This document shows, one piece after another, positions 18,285-28,556 of a stretch of DNA of 64,000 bases; within the stretch, counting starts at the first letter, position 1, and the number at the start of each line of letters is the position of its first letter. This DNA comes from Promethearchaeati archaeon SRVP18_Atabeyarchaeia-1 (GTDB lineage: Archaea > Asgardarchaeota > Atabeyarchaeia > Atabeyarchaeales > Atabeyarchaeaceae). The notes under the pieces were generated by a model, which saw only the letters and a program-made list of their open reading frames with translations, did no database searches and was not told the origin of the DNA. Position numbers and translations under genes: made by a program. The DNA is taken from NCBI GenBank assembly GCA_037308085.1, contig CP147779.1:288001-352000 (forward strand). The letters are read 5' to 3'.

Positions 18285-19124
18285 ATGGCTGAAGAACTCA
18301 TGGAGAAGGCCTCAGATCTTCGGACTAGGGGGTCGCCTGAAGAGGCAGCGAAGCTGTACTTGCATGCAGCGATTGAATTTGAGAAGAGCGGTAAAGTTGC
18401 TGACGCTGCCCAAGCGTACAACGCGGCTGGTCTACTTCTGAGCGAGGCAGGCAAGAGTGAGGAGGGGTATAACCAGTATGTCAAAGCAATCGAGGGATTC
18501 TCAAGGCTCAATGATGAAGAGGGAAAGGCTGACTCCAGTTACAATGCTTGTGTCGCCCTAAATGATATGGGCTCCTATGAGGAAGCAGTCAAGCATTGCT
18601 CAATTGCCCTGCAACTCTATGAAAGCCTGAAAAGCGAAGAGAGGATGGCAGACGCACTCTACGGGATGGGACTTGCGTACCTTGGATCAGCCAAGTTAGA
18701 CGAAGCCCTCGGCCTGTTCAGCAGAGCACTTGAGATATGCAAAAAGATGAATAACTATGAGGGAATCATGAGCATCTCCCTCGACATAGGCAACATTTAC
18801 AAGAAGAAGGAGGAATTAGACAAAGCGCTCGTCTCGTTTAAATCGGCGCTCGAGGTGGCACGGAAGCTGAAAGATGACGCGAGCATGGGGGATGCCCTCG
18901 TCGCAATGGGAGAGGCATATGAACTTTCTGAGGAATATGGAAGATCAGCGGACGCCTTCCTTTCAGCGGCGGAAAAATACTTGAAGGCCGGAATGGACGA
19001 CTTGGCGGAGGAATACAGTAGTCGCATCGAAGACCTAATCGCAGACTTGACCGCTGTCACAGCGGAGAGAGTCAAGAAGAAAATGGAGGAGATACGCGGG
19101 AGGATTCCAAAGAAACAGTTGTGA
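18285..19124 (+). CDS. TPR-repeat protein, alpha-SNAP-like N-terminus
   Basis: Repeated A..Y..A helical TPR units; EEAAKLYLHAAIEFEK segment. Confidence 0.75.
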   Translation: MAEELMEKASDLRTRGSPEEAAKLYLHAAIEFEKSGKVADAAQAYNAAGLLLSEAGKSEEGYNQYVKAIEGFSRLNDEEGKADSSYNACVALNDMGSYEEAVKHCSIALQLYESLKSEERMADALYGMGLAYLGSAKLDEALGLFSRALEICKKMNNYEGIMSISLDIGNIYKKKEELDKALVSFKSALEVARKLKDDASMGDALVAMGEAYELSEEYGRSADAFLSAAEKYLKAGMDDLAEEYSSRIEDLIADLTAVTAERVKKKMEEIRGRIPKKQL

Positions 19125-19144
19125 GGAACGGATTCCAGCTCTCT

Positions 19145-19669
19145 TCAAGGGTTCATCTTACCGAAGATTCTCTTCGCGATGCTTGTGAATGCACTGTTAA
19201 TCAATTCACCAGTCTTGGCACTAGTCTCGAAGAATTCGGCATTGATCTGCGTAGCCTGAGTCGCACCGTCTTCTTTCTTAACCGACCTTTGGCTGTCGAG
19301 ATCAGTCTTGTTGCCAAGTAGGGTCAGAGGGATATCTCCGCAAATGCCCTTGACCTCCTTAGCCCACTTGGGTATTACTTCGAACGTGTTTCTGTCCGCA
19401 ATGCTGTACACTAAGACCGCAGCCCTCGCACCTGGATAGTAGAATGACCTTATCCTCATGAATTGAGCTTGCCCACCTAAGTCCCACATTTGGAGCTTTA
19501 TCTGCTGGCCGTCAATATTGAGGGTTTTGACGGCGAAATTGGTCCCGATAGTCGTTATGTATTCGCCTAGAAACCGATCTTGTGTATATCGCAATATAAG
19601 CGAAGTTTTCCCGACTCCGCCTTCTCCCACCACGACAACCTTAAACACGAACTTGGGAGACTGGAACAA
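19145..19669 (-). CDS. Rab-like small GTPase (Asgard eukaryotic signature protein)
   Basis: GEGGVGKT, TIG, IKLQMWDLGGQ, NKTD and ETSAK; no C-terminal prenylation Cys. Confidence 0.92.
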   Translation of the reverse strand: MFQSPKFVFKVVVVGEGGVGKTSLILRYTQDRFLGEYITTIGTNFAVKTLNIDGQQIKLQMWDLGGQAQFMRIRSFYYPGARAAVLVYSIADRNTFEVIPKWAKEVKGICGDIPLTLLGNKTDLDSQRSVKKEDGATQATQINAEFFETSAKTGELINSAFTSIAKRIFGKMNP

Positions 19670-19745
19670 GGTTTTGTGACCCCCTCACTTATTGAACAAT
19701 AGACTGAAAGGGTTGTTATATGGTTTTCTGGTCAAGCTAATTCTC

Positions 19746-20573
19746 TTACTCCGCATTGTCACTTATATTCTGTTCTCTCATTAAAGGCTTCTCTTTGCCA
19801 TCATCGCCTTGGACATCCTTCAGGTAAGGTGAGGTCAGGATCTTCTTTGCGCTCTCAACTATTGTTGGTCCTATTCCCTTCACATCTGAGATTGGACCTG
19901 AAAGGCGCCTTGTTTTGCCAGTTTTGGACTGAAGTATTTCAGCTTCAGCTATTTGCCTGAATACATTGTATGGCGTCTGAGCCTTTGAAAGTAGGCTGTC
20001 TGCGAGTGTCACGCCAACGTTTGGGAGACCGCATATCAGGTACTGCTGCTGCTGGGCAAGCGTAAGCGTCTTTTCCTTAGGTCTTATTACGATTGGGCGC
20101 TTGACCTTTACTTGTTCAGAGTACGCTAAGCGCTCAATGAATCTGGCAGTATGCTTTGTATCTGGGGTGGGAACTATTGAGATCCTGAGTTGCACAGCTA
20201 GACTCGTCATTGCCCCCCAGATTGAACTTTCGTTTACCTTTCTCATCTTGAAGATGATCGGCATGTACCCCTCTAGAACTAGTATCGGGATCTCGTACGC
20301 ATCCTTGAGCCTGGAGCACTCATCGAAGAGCCTGTTCGTGTAAATAGAACTCGCAAGCTCGTTTACGCTCTTCCTCTCGACAGCTACGCGATCTGAAACG
20401 ACATAATCTGCAACGCTTAGCTGTTTCTCGACAACATTCACATCAAGCTCTCTCAGATATTCGCTAACCCGTGAACGCAGTTCCCGGTTATCAACGAAGA
20501 CTGTCACTCTTCCTGAATTTGATCCTCCGCTTCCTTTTGCGTAGGAGTCTAGAGTATCCTGATTCATTCTCAC
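19746..20573 (-). CDS. Stand-alone ERCC4/XPF-family nuclease
   Basis: VDNRE, ADY and VERKS catalytic motifs; C-terminal HhH (PNVG, KGIG). Confidence 0.88.
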   Translation of the reverse strand: MRMNQDTLDSYAKGSGGSNSGRVTVFVDNRELRSRVSEYLRELDVNVVEKQLSVADYVVSDRVAVERKSVNELASSIYTNRLFDECSRLKDAYEIPILVLEGYMPIIFKMRKVNESSIWGAMTSLAVQLRISIVPTPDTKHTARFIERLAYSEQVKVKRPIVIRPKEKTLTLAQQQQYLICGLPNVGVTLADSLLSKAQTPYNVFRQIAEAEILQSKTGKTRRLSGPISDVKGIGPTIVESAKKILTSPYLKDVQGDDGKEKPLMREQNISDNAE

Positions 20574-20676
20574 CCACTTTCCTCACTACTTCGTGAACGT
20601 GCGTCATATTTAAGAAAATGGGTTTGGAGAACCTCTCGATCTTGGAGAAGCAGAAGCGTGGAGAGCTCTCTGGATA

Positions 20677-22033
20677 GTCAGTTACCCACTGCCAAAGCTT
20701 GTGGGCTTGCAACTCGGGGTTGTCTGGCGCGGCCTTTCAAACCCTTCACCTTGCCAAACGCGCCTACTGACGGAGGCGTTCCCCCCAGGAAACTGGTCCA
20801 TCTTGTCGGCTCTTGATGTGTCCTGTGTTTGGGCCGCCCTGAGGGCGATGTTGAGGCTCGCCACGCGGTCTCGGTTCGCCTCGAAGCCGCATGCCCTGCA
20901 CCTGAAGTAGGAGTAACCAACCCAGTTCGTCTTGCTCGTGCGCCTACAGTAGGGGCAAGCCTGGGACGTGTACCTGGGATCAACCTCGACGAGCAGCACG
21001 CCCTGCCTCGCAGCCACGTATCTGAGGGCGTGTCTGAGGAAGCCGTAGGGGGTGCGGTTCACCTTCCTGCGGCTCTTCGCGCTCCACTCGCCTCGCTTCT
21101 TCCTGAGGTGCCTCAGCTTCTCCACTACGATGTTTGCGCCGAGTGCTTTTGCCTGCTGCACGATCTGGTTGGCGATGAGCCAGATGCTTGTCCGCACGTA
21201 GTTACTCTGCCTCTTGCCAAGGCGCTTGAGCTTGAGCCCCGCCTTGCTCCTAGACGATGTATCCCTCCATGGCTGGAGCGCTGTTCTACTTTTCTCGAAG
21301 TTGAACTGCGTTGTGGAGACCTCCTGCCCAAGGTAGGTCTGCTTCAGGACGCCGCAGCTTGGGCCTATGACGGTGGTGGCGATCCTCGAACTGTTCACGT
21401 CCACTCCCAGCCAGTTGGATTTCACCTGAGGTTCTGGCGTCTCCTTGGAGAGGACGGCGAAGAGCTTTATGCTACTCTTCATGATGATGATGATGCTCGG
21501 CTCCTAGCCCTGAGTCAAGTGCTCTTGGAGGCGCTGGTATGCTCCATCCCTACTTATCGGCAGGCCGATTCTCTTGTTGCTAGCTCTCAGTGTCAGCACG
21601 GGGTTGCCCCTCCTGGTCTCCCTGAAGCTGAAGAGGCGCGCGTCGAAGCGGACGACGCACTTCTCGACGACGCTGCCGCCGCTGATGGTTTTCCTTGCGC
21701 TCCACGCGTAGCTTGTGGCCTCGATGATGAGCTGGGATGCCACTTGGTGCCTGCCTCTTAGTGCCGTGTAGGTTTTGTGGTGGAGGTCGGCTCTGCTCTT
21801 GGCGCCGCCAAGGTAGCTGAGGGCCTCCTTCACGGTGGCGAGGAATGTGGTGTAGGTTTGCTTGAGCATTCTCCTCTTTGCTTCTGTGGGTTCGAGGAGG
21901 TTGAGAGGTAGGCACTTTCTCATGGTATCTCCAAAAGGATGTTAGGGGAGCGCGGTATTTAAGGCTCCCAATTGGAGTCTCGCTGCGATTCCTCCCACCC
22001 CTGACGGGATGTGGGCTTCCTCGCAGCGCCGAT
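20677..22033 (-). mobile_element. Non-autonomous IS200/IS605 (IS1341-like) tnpB element
   Basis: Right end GTCAGTTACCCAC...GTGGGCTTG at 20677; left-end hairpin CCCAC...GTGGG at 21994-22015; no tnpA. Confidence 0.8.
20682..21923 (-). pseudogene. tnpB: TnpB interrupted by one in-frame TAG (21504-21506)
   Basis: The two ORFs are in frame (LTQG*EPSIIIIMKS). RuvC GVDVN / VEKL / NRD and Zn finger CPYC..CRAC are intact. Confidence 0.85.
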
Positions 22034-22160
22034 GTGAGAATCGCAACCGCAAAATAGTGAAGGGGGACACGTGGAACCGCAAACCCTTATCCATAGCTTT
22101 CTTGCGGGTTTTTGGTTAGGCCAAGGCGGCGCTCGGATGCGAATGGATTACGCCGCAGGT

Positions 22161-22595
22161 CTATCTCTTAGCGTTTTTTCTTTTGTGCCGGACCTTTGGA
22201 GCCGCCACTTTACGGGATCTGACCTTCTTGTGGCGTACTCTTGTTTTCGCAGTGTACCCCATGGCTTCGAGTTTCTGTCTTACTCTCTGCCTTTCGTCCT
22301 CTTCTGCCTCTTTCTGCATTTGTTCCTTCAAAGGCAGGAGCTGTCTGTTTACGTCGAATAGCTTCAGCAAGTACTGCTTGACAAGCTTGTCATGTTGCCT
22401 TGCCGTCATCTTGGAAGTGTCGTATTTTGTTTCTAGCTGTTGTATCTTGCTGCGCAGGTCGTCAGCTTCCTTCGTAAGGGCATCAACTTTCTCAGTCATA
22501 CCTGGATTATCTGGAGCGTTAATTGGGCTTGCTGCAGGTTCGGCTGCTAATAGAACTTCGTTTCCGGAAATACCATTACTGCTTCTATGCGGCAT
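22161..22595 (-). CDS. Hypothetical coiled-coil protein with steadiness-box-like segment
   Basis: LETKYDTSKMTARQHDKLVKQYLLKLF resembles the C-terminus of the Vps23 ORF in this window; basic tail. Confidence 0.55.
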   Translation of the reverse strand: MPHRSSNGISGNEVLLAAEPAASPINAPDNPGMTEKVDALTKEADDLRSKIQQLETKYDTSKMTARQHDKLVKQYLLKLFDVNRQLLPLKEQMQKEAEEDERQRVRQKLEAMGYTAKTRVRHKKVRSRKVAAPKVRHKRKNAKR

Positions 22596-22871
22596 TGGCT
22601 CTATTTTTCCCCCATCTTGCAGCTTTCTAATCCGCTTTTCTTTACTATACTGGGTGCTAGAAGCTTTATGAGCATTTCCAATTCAATGCGAAGTCCACAA
22701 TACTTGACGACTTAGGAGGCGATTTTTCCCTGACTGAAAAGACCATGTCGCGAGAGGGAAGGTTCAACCGGATTTTTATATCTATAATCATCTCATAGAA
22801 TCAGACGCCGGTTTTTTAATATTGGCAATGTTTATTTAAGGATGTCCCGCTTGTATTACCGGGACTGAAAA

Positions 22872-23327
22872 TTGAGTGAAGTTCCTCATGTGAGCGCCCC
22901 AGATGCCGGGAACCTGACTCGTGAGGCTCGCATATGGCAGCGGGACGAGCTGCTTCTGATTCTAAAGTCCACGGGCAGATGCCTGCCCTTAGAGGACATA
23001 GCCAAGTTCATTGATTTCCTTGAAACTGTTCTGCCTGACGACAAGATAATCAGATTCTCAGGAGTCCATCATGTCAGCAGGCAACTTGAGCAGATGGCGA
23101 AGTCAGAGCTCATCGAGAAGCGTGGGGTTTGCTACAAGATAACCGAGAAGGGCAGCAAACTTGCGGATGAAGCGGAGCTATCAATAGAGGATAGCGAGGT
23201 AACTAATAGGGCCTGGGCTACCGTGAGGAGCGCGCTTGCTAGCCTACCCTCAAGCAAGCTGGCTTGGGACTCCCATCTGAACGCGACAACGAAGCGAATT
23301 GGAGAGGAGTCTCAGAAGTCAGGATAG
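22872..23327 (+). CDS. Hypothetical winged-helix protein
   Basis: LEQMAKSELIEKRGVCYKITEKG wing motif. Confidence 0.6.
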   Translation: MSEVPHVSAPDAGNLTREARIWQRDELLLILKSTGRCLPLEDIAKFIDFLETVLPDDKIIRFSGVHHVSRQLEQMAKSELIEKRGVCYKITEKGSKLADEAELSIEDSEVTNRAWATVRSALASLPSSKLAWDSHLNATTKRIGEESQKSG

Positions 23328-23430
23328 CTTCGATCGGCGAAGACCTTCGCCCGACCAGCCGAATCAAAACTTATATTAGCCCTAGCAGGAGAGAACAACA
23401 TTCTAGCAACCATGAGAAGGAACAGCGGAC

Positions 23431-24015
23431 TTGATTTCAAAAAGAAAGGACAAACTGGCTAGGTTTTTCCGCCCCTTTGCGAAGATGCTCGAGAAGATGC
23501 ATCTAACACCCAATGCGGTTACCTTTCTTGGGTTTCTTCTTTCCTTGCTGATCGTTCCCTTCACGATCCTGTTGAATTATAATCTGGCTGGAATCATGAT
23601 CCTCATCACGGGGCTCTTTGACGCCTTGGACGGAGCTCTAGCAAGATTGACCGACAAGATCACTGCGCGAGGTGGCTTCCTTGATTCGGTTCTGGACAGG
23701 TACTCGGACGCCATAATAATGATAGCGATAATCTTTGCAGGCCTCTGCAACGTTGTCTGGGGATTCGTTGCATTAATCGGTTCACTGCTAGTAAGCTACT
23801 CGAAGGCACGCGTGGAGGCGTTTGGAGTAAAACACTTTGTTGTGGGATTCGCCGAGAGACCCGTAAGGCTCCTCATGATAGCTCTGGCATTCTTCCTCGA
23901 AAACTGGTACCCAAAGACACTAAACTATGCGATCATAGCTCTGGCGATCCTTACCCACCTGACTGTTCTGCAGAGAAGTATAATGGCAAAAGACGTGCTG
24001 TCTGGACGCTCCTGA
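23431..24015 (+). CDS. CDP-alcohol phosphatidyltransferase (archaetidylinositol phosphate synthase-like)
   Basis: DALDGALAR...GGFLDSVLDRYSD signature. Confidence 0.92.
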   Translation: MISKRKDKLARFFRPFAKMLEKMHLTPNAVTFLGFLLSLLIVPFTILLNYNLAGIMILITGLFDALDGALARLTDKITARGGFLDSVLDRYSDAIIMIAIIFAGLCNVVWGFVALIGSLLVSYSKARVEAFGVKHFVVGFAERPVRLLMIALAFFLENWYPKTLNYAIIALAILTHLTVLQRSIMAKDVLSGRS

Positions 24016-24123
24016 CCAATGCAGAAGCGGAATCGAGGAGGCTTAGATGCCTCGGGCATCCATCTGGAAATACGATTTCATTTTCTCAAAGAATGAGGGA
24101 TCACCGAGGATCGCCCTGTCTTC

Positions 24124-24471
24124 CTAGGTAAGGTCGAATGCGTTCTTCATCAGTTTGGTGAGAATTATCTTTGCAGCTTGCATTGCACGTTCGCCGTCCT
24201 TCGTTATCACGTAGTATTTCCTGTCTGGTTTTCCCTTGGCCTCGCTTTCGGCTCTCTTGCTTTCGACTAGTCCATCCCTAGCCATCTTGTAGAGTATTAC
24301 ATATGATGTGACCGTTGCGGGCTTGAACCCGAATCTCTTGTCTATCATCGCGCGGACCTCGTATCCATATCTCGGGCTTTCCTGAAGGAGACGTAGGATG
24401 TATATCCAGAGGTTTTCACTAGTCATTTTCGCTACGAACCTTCGTAGAGCCTTGAATTCATCAACAGTCAA
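24124..24471 (-). CDS. PadR-family transcriptional regulator
   Basis: PRYGYEV and RKYYVITKDG motifs. Confidence 0.88.
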   Translation of the reverse strand: MTVDEFKALRRFVAKMTSENLWIYILRLLQESPRYGYEVRAMIDKRFGFKPATVTSYVILYKMARDGLVESKRAESEAKGKPDRKYYVITKDGERAMQAAKIILTKLMKNAFDLT

Positions 24472-24604
24472 GAACCTGCCTCCAATGTAAAGATCAGTAC
24501 AGTGGGATCGTCCCTGCGATTGATCTCAAAGACTGTTTGTATTTTCATCTAAACGAGTAATTTAATCTTGTGACATGGTTTGTACCAAAAAGACCCTTTC
24601 CTTC

Positions 24605-25219
24605 TCACACCCTTGGGCGTCTCCGATCAAGTTCATCTTGGGTAAGAGTGATAACTTGGGATGAGAGATAGCTGAGTGGCCCCACGCTTACCCTTCTGGC
24701 GCGTAATCCGTCTAACATACTCTCTTCCTGCGGACTCAGCCCTTTCTGGTCGCCCAAGACGAAAGTATCATCGCATTCGAGATCGAAGTTGACATTTCTA
24801 ATATCTTCACCCCTTTCATGAAGGTAGTAGAGCCCACCTGTAGCCAAACTGTGATGTAATAACTCGGCAAAGGATTCCCTTTCGATCGAAACGCCTTTCC
24901 AATAGGGGACGGGATGCTTCTTCCCACTTTCACAGCCGTCGCTCAGGACTCTTCGTAGTAATCCTGCTACTGCTATCTCGGAGAAAGGTATAGTTCTGAT
25001 TTCTTTTCCGTCAAATTCCAGACATAGAGGTGCTCTGGTCCCGCCTTCAAGCACCGCGATGAAGGTGGTATCGGTCCTTATTCGCTGATTATCGAGAAGA
25101 GAGGCGATGGAGCATCTGCAAACCACATCGAGTCGACCGCTAGAGGACGGCAGATCCTTCAAGCTGAAGTCCCCCGAAGCGTGTGCCTCACTTGCCTTGA
25201 GTATGAAGATGCGGGTCAA
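24605..25219 (-). CDS. trmY: tRNA (pseudouridine54-N1)-methyltransferase (SPOUT)
   Basis: FSLKDLP..GRLDVVCRC, FVLGDQKG and SVGP motifs. Confidence 0.88.
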   Translation of the reverse strand: MTRIFILKASEAHASGDFSLKDLPSSSGRLDVVCRCSIASLLDNQRIRTDTTFIAVLEGGTRAPLCLEFDGKEIRTIPFSEIAVAGLLRRVLSDGCESGKKHPVPYWKGVSIERESFAELLHHSLATGGLYYLHERGEDIRNVNFDLECDDTFVLGDQKGLSPQEESMLDGLRARRVSVGPLSYLSSQVITLTQDELDRRRPRV

Positions 25220-25507
25220 CAGATGACTGACCTCCCTTCCCTATGGAAATGCCGTCCCGCGCACTAACCAACCGACAAATCAGATCGGGATCTACTCAAC
25301 ACCGTGAAGGCGGAACTTCGAATCTATATACGCGCTATGATGATCGAGTGATTGATAGGTTTGACCATTGGGGGCGGCATTCTAAAGGTTCCCAAGCTGA
25401 GACAATAACACTATAATGCTTATATGCAAGCCTAAGCCTATTGAAGTTATGATACAGAGTTCTGTTTGCCCATGGGTAATAAGAACTCTCAGATGGTGTT
25501 GACTACA

Positions 25508-25792
25508 ATGACTAAGAAGAGAAGAAGTCGCGGAAGATCCAAAGGTGGATCTGGTAGAAAAGGTCTGGTTCAGTGCTCTAACTGTGGTACGCTAGTTCCC
25601 AGAGACAAGGCGAAGAAGGTAACACGTTGGGTTTCCCTAGTCGACCCTGTGATGGCGAGGGAACTCAGGAAGCAGGGAGCCATACTTCCACATGAGAAAG
25701 TGATGAAGTACTATTGTGTATCCTGTGCCGTTCACTCAGGGGTCTCCAAGGTCAGGGGCAGGGATGAAAGAAAAGATCATTCGCGGTACTAG
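25508..25792 (+). CDS. rps26e: 30S ribosomal protein S26e
   Basis: MTKKRRSRGR, CSNC..VPRDKA and YCVSCAVH motifs. Confidence 0.95.
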   Translation: MTKKRRSRGRSKGGSGRKGLVQCSNCGTLVPRDKAKKVTRWVSLVDPVMARELRKQGAILPHEKVMKYYCVSCAVHSGVSKVRGRDERKDHSRY

Positions 25793-25846
25793 TACAATTT
25801 AGGGGCTATTGCCCCTCCGGTTTCTGTCCAGATTTCTTAAGTCGTT

Positions 25847-26794
25847 GTGATTAGGCCTGTTGCCAATCAAGACTCAATTGAAGGATTGGTGTCAGTGCTC
25901 GACATTGCCGTATTCGGCCACTTCGCTATAGACCAAGTGGAAAGGGATGGAAACGTACTTCCTCCTTCTCTGGGTGGAACTGTTACCTTCTCCAGTCTAG
26001 CCGCTGCGAGGTTAGGGGCTAAAGTCGGAATCGTCTCAAAGGTAGGACCGGATTTCAGAGACGACCATCTTCTCGTATTCGCTCGAAGTGGAATTGATGT
26101 TTCGGGAGTGAAGAAGGTCAAAGCCCCTACGACCAAGTATAGACTGCAGTACACGGGGGAAGAGAGGAATCTAACGCTCCTGTCAAGGTGTGATCCCATC
26201 AAACCTGAAGATGTCAGGCACCTTCGGGGCAAAGCCAAAGCTGTCCATCTAGGTCCAATAGCTGGTGAAGTTCCCCTTGAGACAGTCAAGGAGGTTGCCA
26301 AATGGAGCACCATTGTCATGCTTGATCTTCAGGGGTTCGTCAGGAAGTTCGACAGGAATGGCAAGGTCTCCCTCGAAAGGAATCCTCAGCTCCTGGAAAT
26401 AGTCAAGAGAGCGATGATAGTGAAGTCTGCTCTGCAAGAGGGGGAGACCGTAATGAATGTTTCTGGATTTGAGGAGGTCGCTTCATCGTTTCTCAATATG
26501 GGATGCAAGATCACAATCGTGACCCTTGGCGGGAAAGGGGCCTACATTTCCACCTGTGAAGGAGAATCTCTTGTCGTTCCTGCAATCAACCCCCGCAGGA
26601 TCACTGATCTCACTGGAGCAGGAGATGCTTACGCGGGTTCATTTCTCGCAGAGTACCTGAAGACCAAAGATCTCAGACGTTCAGCGATAATCGCAAGCTC
26701 AGCGGTCTCATTCAAGGTTGAAGGACACTCAACGTCAGGATTCGCGTCAAGAGCAGACATAGAGAAGCGAGCCAGGGAGTACCTCGAACAGTGA
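25847..26794 (+). CDS. PfkB-family carbohydrate/nucleoside kinase
   Basis: GG...AARLG and DLTGAGD motifs. Confidence 0.9.
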   Translation: MIRPVANQDSIEGLVSVLDIAVFGHFAIDQVERDGNVLPPSLGGTVTFSSLAAARLGAKVGIVSKVGPDFRDDHLLVFARSGIDVSGVKKVKAPTTKYRLQYTGEERNLTLLSRCDPIKPEDVRHLRGKAKAVHLGPIAGEVPLETVKEVAKWSTIVMLDLQGFVRKFDRNGKVSLERNPQLLEIVKRAMIVKSALQEGETVMNVSGFEEVASSFLNMGCKITIVTLGGKGAYISTCEGESLVVPAINPRRITDLTGAGDAYAGSFLAEYLKTKDLRRSAIIASSAVSFKVEGHSTSGFASRADIEKRAREYLEQ

Positions 26795-26957
26795 CCGCAA
26801 CCGTCGAGTATAGGATCTAGCTTGGCCAAGAGGCAGGGAAATCCCACGACTCAGAAAAACTGTCGGAAACCAAATCCAGAATAAGCCTAACGGTTAGTTT
26901 AATAAGTCATGAGGACAATCAAATGATTCAATATGAAGTTCGGTGGGTAGACTGCAA

Positions 26958-27254
26958 ATGAAGATTAGTGATCTAAAAGCCGGCATGCGGAAAGTTGATC
27001 TTAAAGTCAAGATTGTGGATGTGGGAGAGCCCAGAGACGTGAATACAAAGTTTGGGCCCGGTCGCGTTGCGACTGCTACAGTGGCAGATGAAACTGGACA
27101 GACGAAATTGTCTTTGTGGAACGATGACATTGAAAAAGTCAGCCAAGACGACGTCATCGAGATAAAGAATGGTTACATAACCGAATTCCGAGGGGAACTT
27201 CAACTAAACGTTGGGCAATACGGGACAATGAACATAACTAAGGAAAAGGACTAA
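26958..27254 (+). CDS. Single OB-fold ssDNA-binding protein (SSB/RPA)
   Basis: MKISDLK, VADETG..KLSLW and LNVG.YG motifs. Confidence 0.88.
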   Translation: MKISDLKAGMRKVDLKVKIVDVGEPRDVNTKFGPGRVATATVADETGQTKLSLWNDDIEKVSQDDVIEIKNGYITEFRGELQLNVGQYGTMNITKEKD

Positions 27255-27461
27255 GCGCTCCGCGGAGGCAACCTCTCGTCCTGCGGCGCAACTTCGACGG
27301 GAGCCCCGCGAATCCGGCTTGAGCTGTTGAGAGAAAGGGTGCCACGAGCTACTTCCTGTTTTTTGCCGTCATGATACTTGAATTGTCGTATTTGCTCATG
27401 TTGGTCTCCAATACTGAGGGGTTGTTGCCTCGGTTTTGTCTGCTCTGAATGTCAGTTTAGC

Positions 27462-28346
27462 CTACATTTCTGTCAGCTCTTTCGGTGGAATGAACCTAGT
27501 TCGAGGGTCTTCGAGGATCCTATCCAGAAGTCTAATAGTCTCAGGCTTGTCCTCTGGGAACTTCGCCTCGAAGTCAACGTAGTCCGAGACGTGGTCATTG
27601 TATATCTCGCTATGAACATCCAGACTTGCCAAGATTTCACGCTGCTCTTTTATGACCTCGTACGGTGTCAGCAGCTTGAATCTGCCTTCTTTGACTTCCT
27701 GAAATAGAGGCGTGTTTGCCAATATGTTGAGTGTTCTAAACCTGATGAAGTCCGGATCAGCTTCGTTGAGCACCCTAGCGGTTTCCTTGGCGTGTTCCTG
27801 TGTGAGACCCTTTCCCCCAAGCCCCAAGAGTACGTAGAGGGAGAATTCTATTCCAGCATTCTTTATCCTTCGTCCAGCTTGGACAATGATCTTCGAGATA
27901 GTTCCTTTTTTCATTAGCTTAAGGATTCGGTCACTTCCGCTTTCGAGTCCCATATGTATTCTTCTCAAACCGGCCTTCCTCAATTGCATAAACTCGTCAG
28001 GCGTCTTGGCTATGGCGGATCTCGCCGACGAGTAGCACGTTATTCTTTCTAGCCTTGGGAAAGTTTCTGATATTCTATTCAGCACTTTCAGCAGTAAACT
28101 TGTTGGGAGACAGGTCATGTCCGATCCTGTGAGGAAAACCGTGCTATAGTAATCATGATAAAGCTTCTTCGCCACATCAATCTGCTGAAAGATCTCTTCT
28201 AGTTCGAGGACCTTGAAGCCTTCTCTTTGCTTATAGATTCCGCAGAATCTGCATTGATTATAGTTGCAGCCTTGAAATACTTCTACGAGTAGGCTGTGCG
28301 CCTCAGACGGGGGTCTTATCAGAACTCTGCCCGATCCCATAACCAT
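27462..28346 (-). CDS. Radical SAM protein
   Basis: RPPSEA, CNYNQCRFC and GLESG motifs. Confidence 0.88.
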   Translation of the reverse strand: MVMGSGRVLIRPPSEAHSLLVEVFQGCNYNQCRFCGIYKQREGFKVLELEEIFQQIDVAKKLYHDYYSTVFLTGSDMTCLPTSLLLKVLNRISETFPRLERITCYSSARSAIAKTPDEFMQLRKAGLRRIHMGLESGSDRILKLMKKGTISKIIVQAGRRIKNAGIEFSLYVLLGLGGKGLTQEHAKETARVLNEADPDFIRFRTLNILANTPLFQEVKEGRFKLLTPYEVIKEQREILASLDVHSEIYNDHVSDYVDFEAKFPEDKPETIRLLDRILEDPRTRFIPPKELTEM

Positions 28347-28556
28347 GTGATTCCACCTTGCTCCCTGCTTCCACGAACTCTAACCTTCTGCTTCACTACC
28401 CAACCAAGCTAGCAAGGTTTAAAATGATGAGTTGGAGTTCCTCTATTTAACATCTGGGACTCTATTCCTGGAAGAGCTTTGCGCACAGATAAATGATTGC
28501 CAAATCCTGCTGAAAGCTAGTGTAACTGTAACAGTTGTCGTTGGAGGCTTTAACAG

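Noticed and set aside
20829-21761. 310-aa + strand ORF and other long antisense ORFs (for example 5741-6403, 54568-55179, 60356-60910)
   Set aside because: Shadow ORFs opposite well-supported genes, with no recognisable motifs.
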